A DNA stretch of 63,737 bases, the filler included, from Sphacelaria rigidula (taxonomy: Eukaryota): the NCBI GenBank assembly GCA_964200075.2. It is 10 parts of 10 records of this genome, joined end to end, with 100 filler letters (N's around TTAATTAATTAA, not from the genome) between each part and the next. Parts side by side here need not be neighbours in the genome. Positions count along the whole stretch, not along the records: positions 44,689 to 50,971 come from CAXNAA020021025.1; positions 51,072 to 57,354 come from CAXNAA020021026.1; positions 57,455 to 63,737 come from CAXNAA020021027.1; 7 more parts are not named here. The stretch is one strand, 5' to 3'. Positions 49,313-62,424 of the stretch are shown piece after piece. The stretch's first letter is position 1, and each line of letters starts with the position of its first letter. The translations under genes were made by a program, and so were the position numbers. The notes beneath the pieces were generated by a model, which did no database searches, had not been told where the DNA came from, and was given only the letters and a program-made list of their open reading frames with translations.

Positions 49313-50780
49313 GCTTTTTCGATCGAAATATGCGGTCGAAAGGCACGAAGCGGCACCTGACTCCCATCTTACAGACCACCACGTCAAATAATACCCGTTC
49401 ACAGAACCATGCTAACTTCATCCAACTCATTCTCAGCTACCACCGTAACCCTGCAGTATCGAGTACGAATTGAGCACAGAGATGGATACACTGCAGTAGT
49501 TGGGTATACTTTGTTTTTGACTAGCGAAAACTTGCGCATGTCCTTTCATGGTGGGGATCAGCGACGGAACTGCGTAGTATGGGGGGCAACCGAGTTGTGT
49601 GCACGCTCATGGACAGTGCAGGCAATACAAAGCTGCATGTTGTTGAAGTCCTTTTCACGTCGCAATATAAGCAGAAAGAACTGATAGTCCTGGGCTGTCT
49701 GCACGGCACGTTGCCCGCTTCTCTTTAATATCCTGCTGTACGAAACACGCGCGCGCGCCTTCAAGACACTGCTTGCAAGCAGTGCAGACAGTACAGACTG
49801 TACTGTACACGAGTGAGCATGTACCGTTTCAGGAATTTCACTGTCATTTTTCGATCGAAAGCTTGAAAATTCGCTTGGACCAAACTTGACAAAAATGAGG
49901 GTGTTCGCTCTAATCAATTCCACCGCCCCATTTTTTCGATTAGAGGGTAAGGCAGGTACCCGGTACCGGTATTTGGGACATCTCATACTCCACCGATACT
50001 GGTCCGCTCGGTTATTTTCAAAACCCATACCTACGATACCCACGATACCACGGTATTTCGAGATACCAGTACCTACCGTACCCGCTCAATCAGGTATTTT
50101 CAAAACTTATACCTACGATATCTACTCGTACGATACCACGGTATTTCGAGATTTCAACACCTACCGTACCCGCTCAATCGGGTATTTTCAAAACACATAC
50201 CTTCGATACCCACGCATACCACGGCATAGGATATCCCTGTAAATACCGGGGGAACGGTCGGCACGGTGCCTTACCTATGGTCCCTGTGATAATTTGGGTA
50301 TGACTGTTATAGTCTACCCATACTTTGGGTAGATTGGGCACCACCTGAAATACTTCACGTACCCATATTTCGGCAGGCATTCTCAGCAAGACCTGGGTAT
50401 TTTACCGGAGTATTCAAAAGTACATACCCTACCTGGCCTGCTCTTGACTTTTTTTTATCGAGAACATGCGGAGGAAAGGTACGAAGGGGCGCTCGGCTCA
50501 TTATCTTGCAGACCACCACGCCAGATAACACCCGTTCACAAAACCTTTGCAAACCCCACACAACTCATTCTCAGCTACAGCCGCAACCCGGCAGCATAGA
50601 GCACGAGTTGGGCACACAGGGATAGATACACTGCAGTAGCTGGGTATGATGTGTTTGTTCTTCGTTGGTGAAAACTCGAGCATCTTCTTTCATGGTGGGG
50701 ATCGGCGACGGAACTGCGTGGTAGGGTGGATGACCGACTTGCGTACACTCATGGACAGTGCAGGCGGTATAAAGCTGCAA
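49313..50780 (+). repeat. Pair of ~330-bp diverged direct repeats (49313-49640 and 50449-50780)
   Basis: Shared CAGACCACCACG.CA.ATAA.ACCCGTTCACA, CAACTCATTCTCAGCTAC, GATACACTGCAGTAG and CTCATGGACAGTGCAGGC. Confidence 0.75.
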
Positions 50781-50787
50781 AAGTTTT

Positions 50788-50971
50788 CACGGTGAGGACA
50801 AATCATCACGACTAAAAATCACCAAATTCACGATTTCTTCGGCCTAATTGCCAAAAAGAGAGAAAAACGTTCATCGCTGGTCTAGGGGGTATCCAGGCAA
50901 CTTTTGCGCCATTCCACGTGTCTGTGCTGCGTGTACCTGGATTGCAACGCTGAAATAAAGCCTAGGGATTG
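50788..50971. mobile_element. hAT-like MITE family A, cut by the contig end
   Basis: Left end CACGGTGAGGACAAATCAT and body match 22637-22881. Confidence 0.75.
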
Positions 50972-51071
50972 NNNNNNNNNNNNNNNNNNNNNNNNNNNNN
51001 NNNNNNNNNNNNNNNTTAATTAATTAANNNNNNNNNNNNNNNNNNNNNNNNNNNNNNNNNNNNNNNNNNNN
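50972..51071. other. Artificial contig linker
   Basis: 44 N + TTAATTAATTAA + 44 N. Confidence 0.98.
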
Positions 51072-52537
51072 GGAGAAAGTACTGTTTTGGGCTCGAACCT
51101 CATTTCATTGATGAACCTCATTTTATAGAATCCTCTGTTTCGTGATGTCACCGGAAAACGAGGATACGCAATATGTGAGATTACGCCACGAATAGCATCC
51201 AAAGCAGCCGCAGGAGTATCGAATCAGTCAAGGAGAGGATATTTCCCGACCACTATATTTCCTCAGCTCGTATCTGCAGCGACCCGTCGATATCAAATGT
51301 TTCGGCGCGAGTACGCATCGAAATTCTGTCGAGTAAACCTCCATCTCCCTATGCGACCTCGGCTCATTGCGTCACGGTATCGCAAGTCGCGAATGCCCCT
51401 CCATTCAAGTTTCCCAGGTTCATGCGGTCGAGTAGCGTTTCCCAGTTACACGTTGTCTTGGCGGAAACTCTCTCCGCCCGAGCCGCGTATCAACAGCCGA
51501 CCGTTTTTCTTATCATTTACCTAGCTTATTTTTAGTTCGTTATCTCGGATTGGTCTCGTTTATTGTGTGTATGTTGATCTGAATTTATGAGCCATGTTTG
51601 TGTTTTTAATATCTGTGGTTACTTCACGCCTCCTGAGCGGGTGTTTCTGTGCTTCCTTCAATCCCGAGTTCGTTTTTCATGAGACCACGGCTTGAGGCAC
51701 GTGGTTTGTCCCAATGGTAGATACAACGCTCGAGATATTCCTCATCAATCTTACGATGCGGACCTCCCCTCTACCGTTACAGTTGGTAATTCTAGACCGA
51801 CAGCGCCTGGCTTTCATCAGTCAGGCTGCCATTCGAGCGAAGGCCAATCAGGAGCCGTTGAAGTTCGTGTCTCTACAAGCCGATGCAGCAGTTCAAACGG
51901 TGTTCGCTCTACCTATGTGCTCTCCAGTGACGCACGGCACAGACAAGTGAGTACGAACGACAAATGACCGTGCATTCGACGGTGTCCCCCTCCGGTTAGC
52001 GCCTCCAACACTCGCGTACACCCACGGTCATGGCGCTGGTGGATACTCGCTCGCGCGTGCGTCGACGTCGATGTAGACTGTATCGTGTCTGATACGACTC
52101 CACGGTTATGCACGATGCGCGATGTGGCGACTGACAGGGGATATGCCGAACGCCAAAACATCATGGCAGTTCTCGTGGAGGAACAGTTTGTGGAGTTCTT
52201 CCTGGCACCTCAGACCGTCGGAGGCGGTGAGTTCGAGTACGGTGCTCGTGTTATGCAGTCGCCAAATTATACCGTGAGGCAATCGTCGGCATGATTCGTT
52301 CGCATCTCGATTTTCTTATAGCGTAGCATCGCTGCCCACCCAAATCGAAGTAAGTAACTGTTCGTCTGCCGTAGTCTATTCGTTCCATACTTCTACCGCC
52401 GAAGCGCGTGGTTCGGTACAGCACACGGCCCCACAGTCCACCACAACATTTTTTCCACAAACCTAACGAACATCGCACATTGTCCGTCCCGCCATCCCGC
52501 CATCCCGCCATCACCTTGCCGTGTACTTGTTTCGCAG

Positions 52538-55500
52538 GCAGCAATCTGATATGTACCTCCATTCACCGGGCACTGACGCGATTGTTCGACACGCACTACA
52601 GCGCCGGCACCCCAGCGTACATCGACGAACTATACGCCCAATTCGACAGCTGCGTGGGCGAGAATACGAACCACATCGTCTTAACGTACCTGGGTTCTCT
52701 GGTTGCTTGAAGCATAATCGGACGGGTTGAGGTCAATTTAATTATGGTTGGACATACCCACAACATGATCGGCCAGGTCTTCTCGAAATTGAAGATCGGT
52801 ATCGAATTGAAGAAGATATATATATATATATATATATCATGGTCAGAACAGTCGATCATGCGTACGGACGTGGAAGACCAAGAAGCCGACATTGGTCAAT
52901 TCGAATCAAAATCTAGAATAGATAATCCATTGTTTACACTCCCCGGCCTGCTCGTGGCGGGGCTATTTTCTTTTCATTTTCAGCTGTCTTGGAGTGCCCT
53001 CCTACGGTTTTGTTTGGGTTCTTATTTATTTTTTGTGTGTTTGTTTCTCGAGAGGCTCAAAAGAAGCAATAAGATCCCTTTTGCAACGAACAGCAGGGAT
53101 GGTATTGGAAAGACGAGCCCACGTCTGTGACCACGAGAGGTCGGGCTAGTGTGCGGAAATAATAATAGTGACGATAATAATGATAGTAATAATTTACATA
53201 TTTCGCGTAATTTATGAACAAAAGGTATGGAATGGTGATGCCAGCTACCTAAAATCCCCGTACTTTCTACGGCTGCACTCTTTTATCACTACTTCTAATC
53301 CCACAACCGGGGAGCAACACCGCACAACCGCACACCACACACAACACAACACCTCGCGGCGGACCAGTCTGTGCCTGGACACAAAGTAAAGGTTTACAAG
53401 ACTTCTGTGCCTGGGGAGGTCTTACGGAGTTGCCAATTGGACGACAGACCCAAAACCCCGCGATGTGTTTGGCACCAACGCAGACAGTACGCGCGTATGG
53501 CACACGTAGGGATGAGTTCTTGCGACAAAGCACCGAGAACGCGTGCAACCCATATCGTGAATGTTTTTCACCGCATAAACTGCAGCTAGACTGTGTTATT
53601 GGGGGTGAACGTGGGGGACCTCCGACAGCAATGCATATTTTCGAAATAAAAAATGCGACTGGATCATCCGGCTGTGATGTATGGCCTCGCTCATCCCAGG
53701 GTTAGGCCCCGACCCTAACCGTAACCCTAACCCCAATGAGACGGAGGGCTCCTACAAATTCAACCCTAACGTGGGATCACTCAGTAAACCTTTGGAATTT
53801 ACCGCGGTAATTGACCTTGGTAAGTGGGCTGTGAATCGGCTGTAACTCCCAACCTAGGTAGAAATTTTCAGGACCGAGACCGTGTTTAGGTTCGTATTCG
53901 CAAAACCTCACTCTTCCTTTTTTGAACGAAGTCTAAGTCATCAAATAAGAGAATATATGGACGAAATTCCAACCAATGAAAAAACTCGAAATAAAATCCC
54001 GGAGCACGTCCTGCAAATAATGCCGGTACGCGGGTGGTCTTTTCCGATGTCAAATTATGTACGGTATCAGTACGACTCTCGCAGGGGTAAGAAGATATGG
54101 TTGCACAGTACATGAGCGTCCACATATATCTCGATGTTACGAGTTACTTTGGACATCGAAGGGTCAGTGTGTAGGTGGAAGTATGTCATTGATGACCACT
54201 TTTGGTACTTTATTACGATTGTTTAACAGGATCGACGTACACTGCAAGGGCTCTCGCTTGTTCACGAGACAACAGCAGGCAAAGGCCTTCAGTGCTGCGT
54301 ACACGAGCCTGCCCATCTACACCACCACTCTCCGCTCCTTGGGCAACTTCAAAGGGGCCCTGACAGACGGCGGTCGCGTGTTTCCCATCGTTAGCATAAC
54401 GTCGCCGCGATCGTTCGAGATCCGGCCTGCGGGGCCAGCCCAGGTCAGCGTTGGTATGAAGCAGTACATGCATAAGCCTGACTTCACCGGGATGACGGCT
54501 CCCGGTGTCTTCGAAGGCCCCCCACACTTACTTTTCCGAGCGGGTGTCCCAGATATGGAGTTAGCGCCTCCCTTCAAGCTGGAGGTCGTCGATGCAGTCG
54601 CGCGGGCATACGTTCTGGCTCGCTACAATGCCGTGCACTGTTGCCTGGCGTCCCTCTACCCCCTAGGTGCGCGTACACCGGAGGTTCCCCGTCTTTACAC
54701 TGTGCCTCACAAACTATCCTCGTGTGGTCGCGCGTGCACGGTTTTTGCAATCGCTTCCCACCTTGTTGTTATAATTATTCCGCTTGACGCATCCCCGACT
54801 TTAGCAACCGGTGTTGATTTAGTCCTTGGTCGGTGGTCTCACGATGTGCTCGGACCCTAACTCTGTACCCGCTGTACGGCAGTATGTCAAAAGGGTGTAA
54901 TCTTTTATAGGCTCGTTATTCTCTGTCGTCTCAGCACATGTTATTTGTTTTTGTAAAAACAAAATGGCGCTTAGAGATGGAGCACACCCCTAACGCAAGG
55001 TAGACAGCGAGGCCTCGGGCAACCAAAGTACCTAAGAGTACAATACGGGGATAGGGAAAGTGGGCGCTGTTTTGACTCAAAATGTCGTCTCTGCGTTACC
55101 CCGGGGTGCCCAAGTTGCCGTTGAGTGCCTATTTGCGGAGGGTTCAGTACTGACAGTTTCATTTGCAGATAGGGCGGTCAGGGTAGACCTGCCGTCCTCT
55201 GTTCACACAACTTTGTTTTGTTTTTGTCGACTACGTACGAGTGTGTACTTCTGCGCGCATCGTGTGACGGAAGAGGCAGGCCGCAAAGGCCGACAACCTC
55301 TATTCCAGTTTGGGCATTTATATTCTTTCCTGCTTTATGTAGTTCTGAGTTTGTTACCAACCCTTTTTTTAACGGTTTGTATATGATTGTCCTTCACTTT
55401 CATCCAACGAGTGTTCCCGTTCCGGTTGTCGATAATGTTACCACGGCTCGACTGCTGGGGGATCATTTGCTGCGCGGTGATCAATTAATCAATCATCTTG

Positions 55501-56275
55501 CCGAATCTAAACCACGAGGAGGTTGCACACGGGTCGCCCCTGATCCCATCAGACCGGACGCGTGCTCGTAGATTTGGAGAGGCAGGAGACAATCAAAAAC
55601 GAAATGGCTACCTCCCACAGACTACTCGGCGCAAAGGGCTCCGTGCCTTGGAATCTTCCTTGCCACTGGCTGCGGCGCAACGACGTGCAGGCACCCCAAG
55701 GGGCGGCGAAAGAGGACACGGGGACAGATGACTAAAGTCTCGGCGATGGGTAGGATAGGGAGCTGGACACTTCTGTTCATGACACGTCGGGGGGTGTCGT
55801 TCAGCACTCCGGGGTGTGTGGGCAGGGTGGGGCGGACACCAGCGGTGGCGCCGTCCCTGGTGAGCAACCCGACATTCCCTCATTCGTTAAGGGAGACTTC
55901 GTTTTCTTCCTCGCCGACGAAGCCCCGTTTTTGGGCAAGGTGATCGACGTACGGGAGACTGTCGGCAGTGAGGCCGACGTTCAGGTGCGCTGGTGGTCAC
56001 CGGCGACCTCCAAAGCTCGCAGCGGCGCGGCTGATTGCAACATCAGAGAATACGGAAAGGGTAAGCTCACCGAAGACTACAGAACCACGGAAAGTTGTGA
56101 CGGGGCTGGGGTCGACATCTCCACCAGGAAGCGCAAGTTAGCCCCGGACGTGAAGTGGATGGCATCAGATTTGGTCACGGCTTCATGTCGAAGACTCAAT
56201 TCCGGGGCCAAGATTCCAAAGGGGGCATTGGATGAAATCATTGTCGCAAAGTTACAACAAGAGAAGAGTGAATAA
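52538..56275 (+). pseudogene. Intron-containing DDE transposase relic, Sola/DUF7869-like (exons about 52538-52790, 54230-54645, 55864-56275)
   Basis: GSNLICT...ELYAQFDSCVGENTNHIVLTYLGSLVA*SIIGRVEVNLIMVGHTHNMIGQVFS matches the LYxQxDNCxxENKN...VGHTHxxIDQxFS pattern; continues after TTTAACAG with RIDVHCK...NFKGAL; C-terminal KGDFVFF...PFLGKV...VQVRWW barrel domain. Confidence 0.7.
53591..53744. mobile_element. Small MITE with internal CCCTAA tract
   Basis: Imperfect TIR CTGTGTTATTGGGG / CCCCAATGAGACGG; GACCCTAACCGTAACCCTAACCCC inside. Confidence 0.5.
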
Positions 56276-57354
56276 TTGTAAAGGACAGCGTTCTGGACGT
56301 CCGGTTTTGGTCAATGAAGCAGGGCAAGAGGTTCAGACGCCGCGCATAGTGGCTTCTGTGGACAGTAAGACCGTACCTTTGATCAACCGCAATGCAGCGC
56401 CGAGAGGGTTGATCGTGGCGTGCGTCGCGCGCCCGTGACCGATACAGATGGAGACGAGATTTCCGTCGGCTTGTAGATTTGAACTCTTGTAAAATTTCAC
56501 ACCACCCCTTGCTCGACCGTCCAAATGGGGACGAGTGAGCGTATGTAGGTTTGGGCAGAGTTGTGTGCAGCGCCATGGGAGAAGAGGGGAATCTTGGTGA
56601 CGGGTGCCGGGTAAGACGGTTGTGATAGTAATCATCCTCTCATGACCTGCCGACAGGAATCATGTCTTACAATCGACTGGGGAACACCGAAAAGATGTCA
56701 CACCTGCGGATACGAGATTCCTGGGGTTGGGTTGGGGTAGGGAGTTTGAGGGGGGGGGGGGGGGGTTCATCGTCCTGTCGCGTTGCGCGTGGTTTCGTTC
56801 CGGGGGTACCCGATGATGAGAAAAGACGGCGTCAACGCTTGTCGTTCGCAACCGATGGTAGCACCGTGCGTGGAACACCTGCTCGCATTCTCGAATTCGA
56901 TGGAAGACAATGCACCGTTCTTTTCGCCAGAGGGAAGGGTTCAAGGGGGAGTATCCTAGTCGTTTCCGTGCCGGAATCTTGTGGGCAATGGGCTATCCAT
57001 GTTGCGTTGAAACCGACTTTTTGATTGAGGGGGGAAACACAAACCCGCAGCTGACCGATACCAAGACACGAACGGTGCCCGTCTTAGTCGTGCCTGACGA
57101 ACACCCCCCCCCCCTCCACCCTGTCGGGCATGATCGAGGTGTTGTTCCTCGCGCTGGCGCAGCCCGAGGGGGGGGTTAGCGCAGGACATGGGATCCGTGC
57201 GCTGCCACTTTTTTCCCTGTGGTGTAGAGTAACAAGAGTGCTCACCCGACTTACTTCTCTCGATTCTTCGACGTACTGAATATGACGCGTTACGGGTTCA
57301 CCTCCACAGGTTACTTCTTCCGAATAAGAGCTTGTCCTCGCTACTTCTACTACA

Positions 57355-57454
57355 NNNNNNNNNNNNNNNNNNNNNNNNNNNNNNNNNNNNNNNNNNNNTT
57401 AATTAATTAANNNNNNNNNNNNNNNNNNNNNNNNNNNNNNNNNNNNNNNNNNNN
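57355..57454. other. Artificial contig linker
   Basis: 44 N + TTAATTAATTAA + 44 N. Confidence 0.98.
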
Positions 57455-58344
57455 TCAATGGTCTTATGACTTTGGCATGCATGATCATGAGTACACCCCC
57501 CTCCCCCTCCCACCCCTGCCCCCAACCCGCACGCGGCTGTTTTCGGCTGTTGCTCCTCGGTAACCCAGATACGAGCCCGCTCCAATATTTTCAGCATATT
57601 GAAGTATGCCCACCATGTAAGCGGTCTGTCGGATATTTAGTGGTATATTGTATTTCATGGATATGGCGGAATACGCTGTCACCGTGTGTGTTGCTGTGGT
57701 GCCATCCTATTTATTCTGGACGTCAGCCTACACCTTTCGGTATATGTGCGCGCACCACACTTGACTACTCGAATACAGTGTTAGAACCTCGCACCGAACA
57801 GGGCGCTGTGTCCGGTGAGGAGGAAAGGTCGTGCTAGTTGTGTGCCATAAAAGGATCCTTCCTTCTGTTCTGCCGTACCGTACGGGAGTCAATGTCGTGG
57901 CGACGGATTACAGTACTTGACTTATTTGACGTGGAACCGCACAACTTGGAGGCCTTAGGCGCGCTGTACGCTATGTGCTCACTTCCTCCTTTTTACACGA
58001 GAACTCATCAACTGTAGGAGCATTTTGAAGCATCTCCGATCGGTCTTGCTTCCTAAATCTTGAAGTCATATATATATGTATATATTGTGTGTTGAGAATC
58101 CTACCGAGGGGGGGGGGGGGGGGATATACATATATTCTTCGCCGAGATAAGGGAAGTGAGAAAGACGACAGCTGGGCGAGAAACGTACCCATCTTCACGA
58201 CTGTTTCGGGCCTCTCTTCCCTTATTTCTGCTCTCCTCGCGTTCACTTGATGGTGTTTGTTCTCTCCTTTATTTTCCGTCTTTCCCGTTTCTCGGGGTTT
58301 CCTCGGGAAGTTTTTCTGTTTGTTTACTTTGGGGAAGCCTATTT

Positions 58345-58665
58345 TGTGGATAATGACCTCGGCTGGATTCGTCGTGGAATACCTACGGTGATGCGCGACA
58401 GCCAATCGAATCAAATCAATTATCGAGATACACAGCGACCTACGACAAGCGGTACACCCCTGTACAATTGAACACGCCGAGCCACGCCTGCACTACCTCG
58501 GCACATGCTGAAGTCGGCAAGCATGGCCTTCTCCTCGACAAGGTTGACCAGGATATTCTCCGGCTTGACATTGGCATGCACGAATCCGTGGAAGTGGACG
58601 AAGCGCAGTGCGCTCACCACCTGTCGGAGATACCTGCTGAAGAATTCGATGCGATTTGAGGAAGC
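58345..58665 (-). pseudogene. Ser/Thr protein kinase fragment (subdomains VIa-VII, perhaps VIII), degenerate
   Basis: FFSRYLRQVVSALRFVHFHGFVHANVKPENILVNLVEEKAMLADFSMC; catalytic Asp replaced by Asn and DFG by DFS; stop follows. Confidence 0.8.
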
Positions 58666-58759
58666 GCATGACGGAGGACCGTATAGCTTGAGGGGGTGTT
58701 ACATTGCACTGTTTACACGAACGCATGCACACACGCTTCTTCAGGCTTAGGTCGTCTCC

Positions 58760-59110
58760 ACTTCGCTTTCTCGTGTCACATCCAACCCCTCCCCTTCCCT
58801 TCCTCGGGACGACTCAGCGGCTCGAACCATCTCCCCCCGTACACAGGTACATAACCTACATTTTAGTATCGTGGGTTGGAACAGCATTCCCACACCGCGT
58901 CGACTCTCGTCTAACAAAGTCGACCAAACAGACTCCTTACTGTTTCTACTCACGTCGTGACGTTTTCAAACACGAAAATCAGAGAGATGTTGTGCACCTG
59001 AGGGAAAAGGTCAAACCAGACGCATCTATTTGATGGGAATCGAACCCGCTTCTTATCCGACCTGCAGCACAGTAGTGGTGTCCGTTTATATACCGTCGGG
59101 GCGCGGCGAC
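58760..59110 (-). mobile_element. tRNA-derived SINE family 2, second copy
   Basis: Reverse complement starts GTCGCCGCGCCCC, B-box GGGTTCGATTCCC; body shared with 10756-11135. Confidence 0.6.
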
Positions 59111-59605
59111 TATGCGGACATGACATACTTCCTCTGTCTCATAAGTTAGGGTGCCTATGGGCAATACGCTGTCTGGGTACAGCCGTGTTAGGAGTGAGGA
59201 TAGTATAGTCGGGTTCGTTAGAAAGATGAAACGAAGACGAAGCTAGAGAAAAAAACGGGGTTCTATTGTTTTACCTAAAATGGGTTAAAATATGCCCTAT
59301 TTTGGCCTATTTTGAAACTGTTTTTCGAGAACGTTTTTTTATGATGTTTTTGAGAATTCTCCAAAAGTTTTGAAAAGCGTCCAAATGTAGTACCCTACCC
59401 ACATGCCCACTACACCATTCTAGCGATGAAATCGCCCCCCAGAACACCCCCACCTCGCAAACGGGGCGCCGAGATATCGGTTGGTGGCCGCTACGCAATA
59501 GCGACAATGGTTCTCGATACTTGTTTTCCCTTGGGAAAGCCGTGAAATGCGCCCGTTTGGGAGCCGATTCTATTTTTCGGCCGTTCGGCTGCATGGTTCA
59601 AGCAC

Positions 59606-61704
59606 TGCGTTGTCGTCCCATCTGTTTTGGACGCCGGTCTACACCTTCCGGTATATGTGGGCGCATCAGCCGGGGTCACACAGGAGGAAGGTCAACACAG
59701 GAGCTTATTTATTTATTTTTAGGACCCCACCTTCCTTCTGCGGAGCTTGCATGTATTTTTTATCGCGAGAAGGGTTCAGCAGTCCCTTTCCATCGTCGAC
59801 CGTTCAGTCGAATTTTGCAAGGTTGTGTTCTGTAGGGTACGGTTTTCTGTATACCCGGGGTATTTTGCCGGGTATTTACCGTACCCGACAGTTCTGTGAC
59901 TTCTGTAACACTTTCATACCGGTACCCGACAGTTGTGTACACTCTGTAAGACTTTCATACCTTTACCCGATAGTTCGGTAATCTCTGTAAGACTCCCGAA
60001 CCGTTACCGGGGGGCACGGGTACGCTCTTGATAAGATACCCGATTGCGGGTACGTTTTTCTGTGCAACCTCCGTACCCTACCCGACAGTTTCTGTGAGTT
60101 CTGTGAGCCTTCCATACCCTTACCCAACACGTCTGTGAGTTCTGTACAAGATATTTACCCGTACCCGCAGTGCGGGTATGCTCTTGATGGATACCCGATT
60201 GCCGGTACCGGTTTTCTGTAAGCCTCCCATACCGTACCCGATAAGTTATGTGATTTCTGTAAGACTTTCATCCAGTAGCGGTATCCGACAGTTCTGTGAG
60301 CTCTGTAAGCCTTCCCTTCCTCTACCCAGGGTTAGGGTATACCGTTATAGATATACCCAATTGCAGGTATGAGCACAGATATATACCTTAGGGAGACACG
60401 GATATAGGTTCGATCCAAGCACAACTTCATGACCTGGCCATGTACCTCCCATCGATCAACCCACCCAACTCCTTCATTCAAAACTGCACACCAACAATAA
60501 TTCAATGTTGAAAAGTTCTGTAGTGTGGGATCTGGCGGGATACGAGGTACCGCTGAGTGGAAACACCAAACATGAGCAGCACTGCAGGCCGTCAGAATGG
60601 ATCACCCCCAGACTCGAGTGGTGACTCGAGCGGGAACGGTTCATCTGCGCCACCAGGGGATCAAGTAGCAAGACGCCCGTCATCGACGTTGATGGTGGTT
60701 GTGTCGTGGTCATCAAACTCCAGGCCGTTATTAACATGTACAGCACAGAGTATGAGCTACCACCAAAACTCGTCAAGGCCGTCGTCGATTTTGTCGCATG
60801 TCGAAGGGCTTTCAGAGAACGGGCAGCCGTGAATGGTCCTTCATGTACTCTCTGGGAGTGTACGTGAAGCTGATAGATGTTGACGATCCCATGCATATGT
60901 ACTACTACGATTGTTCGTGTGGTCTTTCTCTATCGACCCCGTGAAGCCGTTCAGAGTTTTGGTGGACTGTCATCTTCTGTATTTCGCCACTGTTGTAGTG
61001 AGGTAGGTCCCACCACTAGGGTGATGATAATACCAAGGTCGTGGTTTGTAGGGTACGGTTTTCTATATACCCGGGGTACTTTGCCGGGTATCTACCGTAC
61101 CCGACAGTTTTGTAAACTCTGCAAGATTTCCATACCGGTACCCGAGAGTTCTGTAATCTCTGTAAGACCTCCATACCCATACTCGATAGTTCTGTGAGTT
61201 CTGTAAGCCTCCCGTACCATTGCCGGGGGGCACGGCTATGCTCTTGATAAGACACCCGGTTGCGGGTACATTTTTCTGTGCAACCTCCATACCCTACCCG
61301 GCAGTTTCTGTGAGTTCTGTAAGCCTCCCATACCCTTACCCAACAGTTCTGTGAGTTCTGTACGAAACCTTCACCCTAACCCGAGGGGCTGATATGCCCT
61401 AAAAGAGTTACCCGATTGCCGGTACCGGTTTTCTGTAAGCCTCCCATACCGTACCCGACAGTTCGGTAAACTTTGTAAGACTTTCATACCGGTAACGATG
61501 GTTTTGTACGTTCTGTAAGGAATCTCGTATCCTGCAGAACGTACCCGTACCTTACAGAACACAACCTTGCAATTTTGTGTACCCACGACATAGGCGCTCT
61601 CCACTGTTGGACATGGTGTGAGAAAAAATCCCAGATCGATCCGAGAATTGAACCCACGACCCAACCGTCAGAAGGTTCGAGGTTACCAACTGAGCCACCG
61701 GGGC
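59606..61704 (-). mobile_element. SINE family 1 copy split by a 1.75-kb insertion
   Basis: 3' part at 59606-59817 and tRNA head at 61570-61704 rejoin as GAATTTTGTGTACCCAC, matching the intact copy at 21968. Confidence 0.8.
59818..61569. mobile_element. hAT-like non-autonomous composite element with duplicated left arm
   Basis: TIRs CAAGGTTGTGTTCTGTAGGGTACGG / CCGTACCTTACAGAACACAACCTTG; TSD GAATTTTG / CAATTTTG (7/8); many TACCCG and TTCTGT subterminal motifs; second left end at 61034. Confidence 0.85.
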
Positions 61705-62209
61705 GAGGCGACCGGTAAGCACTGGCTGAAAAAGACGCAACATGTTTTTTACTCGAAAAACACCGAAGATTTCAACGAAAAAATCGAAAAACAGATCGGA
61801 CACGGTTGAGGGCCCGTACAAATTGAGATACCCTAACTTATGAGAGAGAGGACGTATATTGTTTGTACCGCATGGACAACCTGGAGTGCGCCACACGCTC
61901 GAATCACACTTTCACTACTCCACTCTAATCCGGGACACCATCTACGGCCCGGTGGTGGTACCCATCGGGAGTTGGGTACAAAAATCAGGATATACGATTT
62001 GTTGCCCTCTTGCGCCGAAAGTTGGGGAACGTGTACCTGACATCGAGGCGACAGCAACGATGCTGTTTTTGGGTCCCATCTGGTCGCCGTTCGTCGCCGT
62101 TCGGAAGTTACGGCCAAAACACATATTGAGGAAAGTATCTACAAGTGTTTATATAGGATTTCCACGCGCTATGGAACCTAGATATCCTCGATTACGAGGT
62201 TTGGGCGTT

Positions 62210-62424
62210 GGGACCCGAAATTTGGAGAAGAGGGGCGCATCGACCATTCGAAGGCCATGCCTGATGGCGTTTTCAGTCCTCATCTCTATTTTCGGGAATA
62301 AAGGCGAATACCGAGTCCGGGAATTCCCTTCAATGGACCTAATTTACAAATGAAAAAACGAAACTACCGCTAGTCATGGCCTTCGAATGGTCGATGCGCT
62401 CCTTGTTCTAACGTTTCAGGTCCT
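62210..62424. mobile_element. Hairpin MITE-like element
   Basis: GCGCATCGACCATTCGAAGGCCATG pairs exactly with CATGGCCTTCGAATGGTCGATGCGC. Confidence 0.7.

Noticed and set aside
48280..50250. CRISPR-like array
   Set aside because: Units are diverged tandem copies without unique spacers; no cas genes; eukaryotic context
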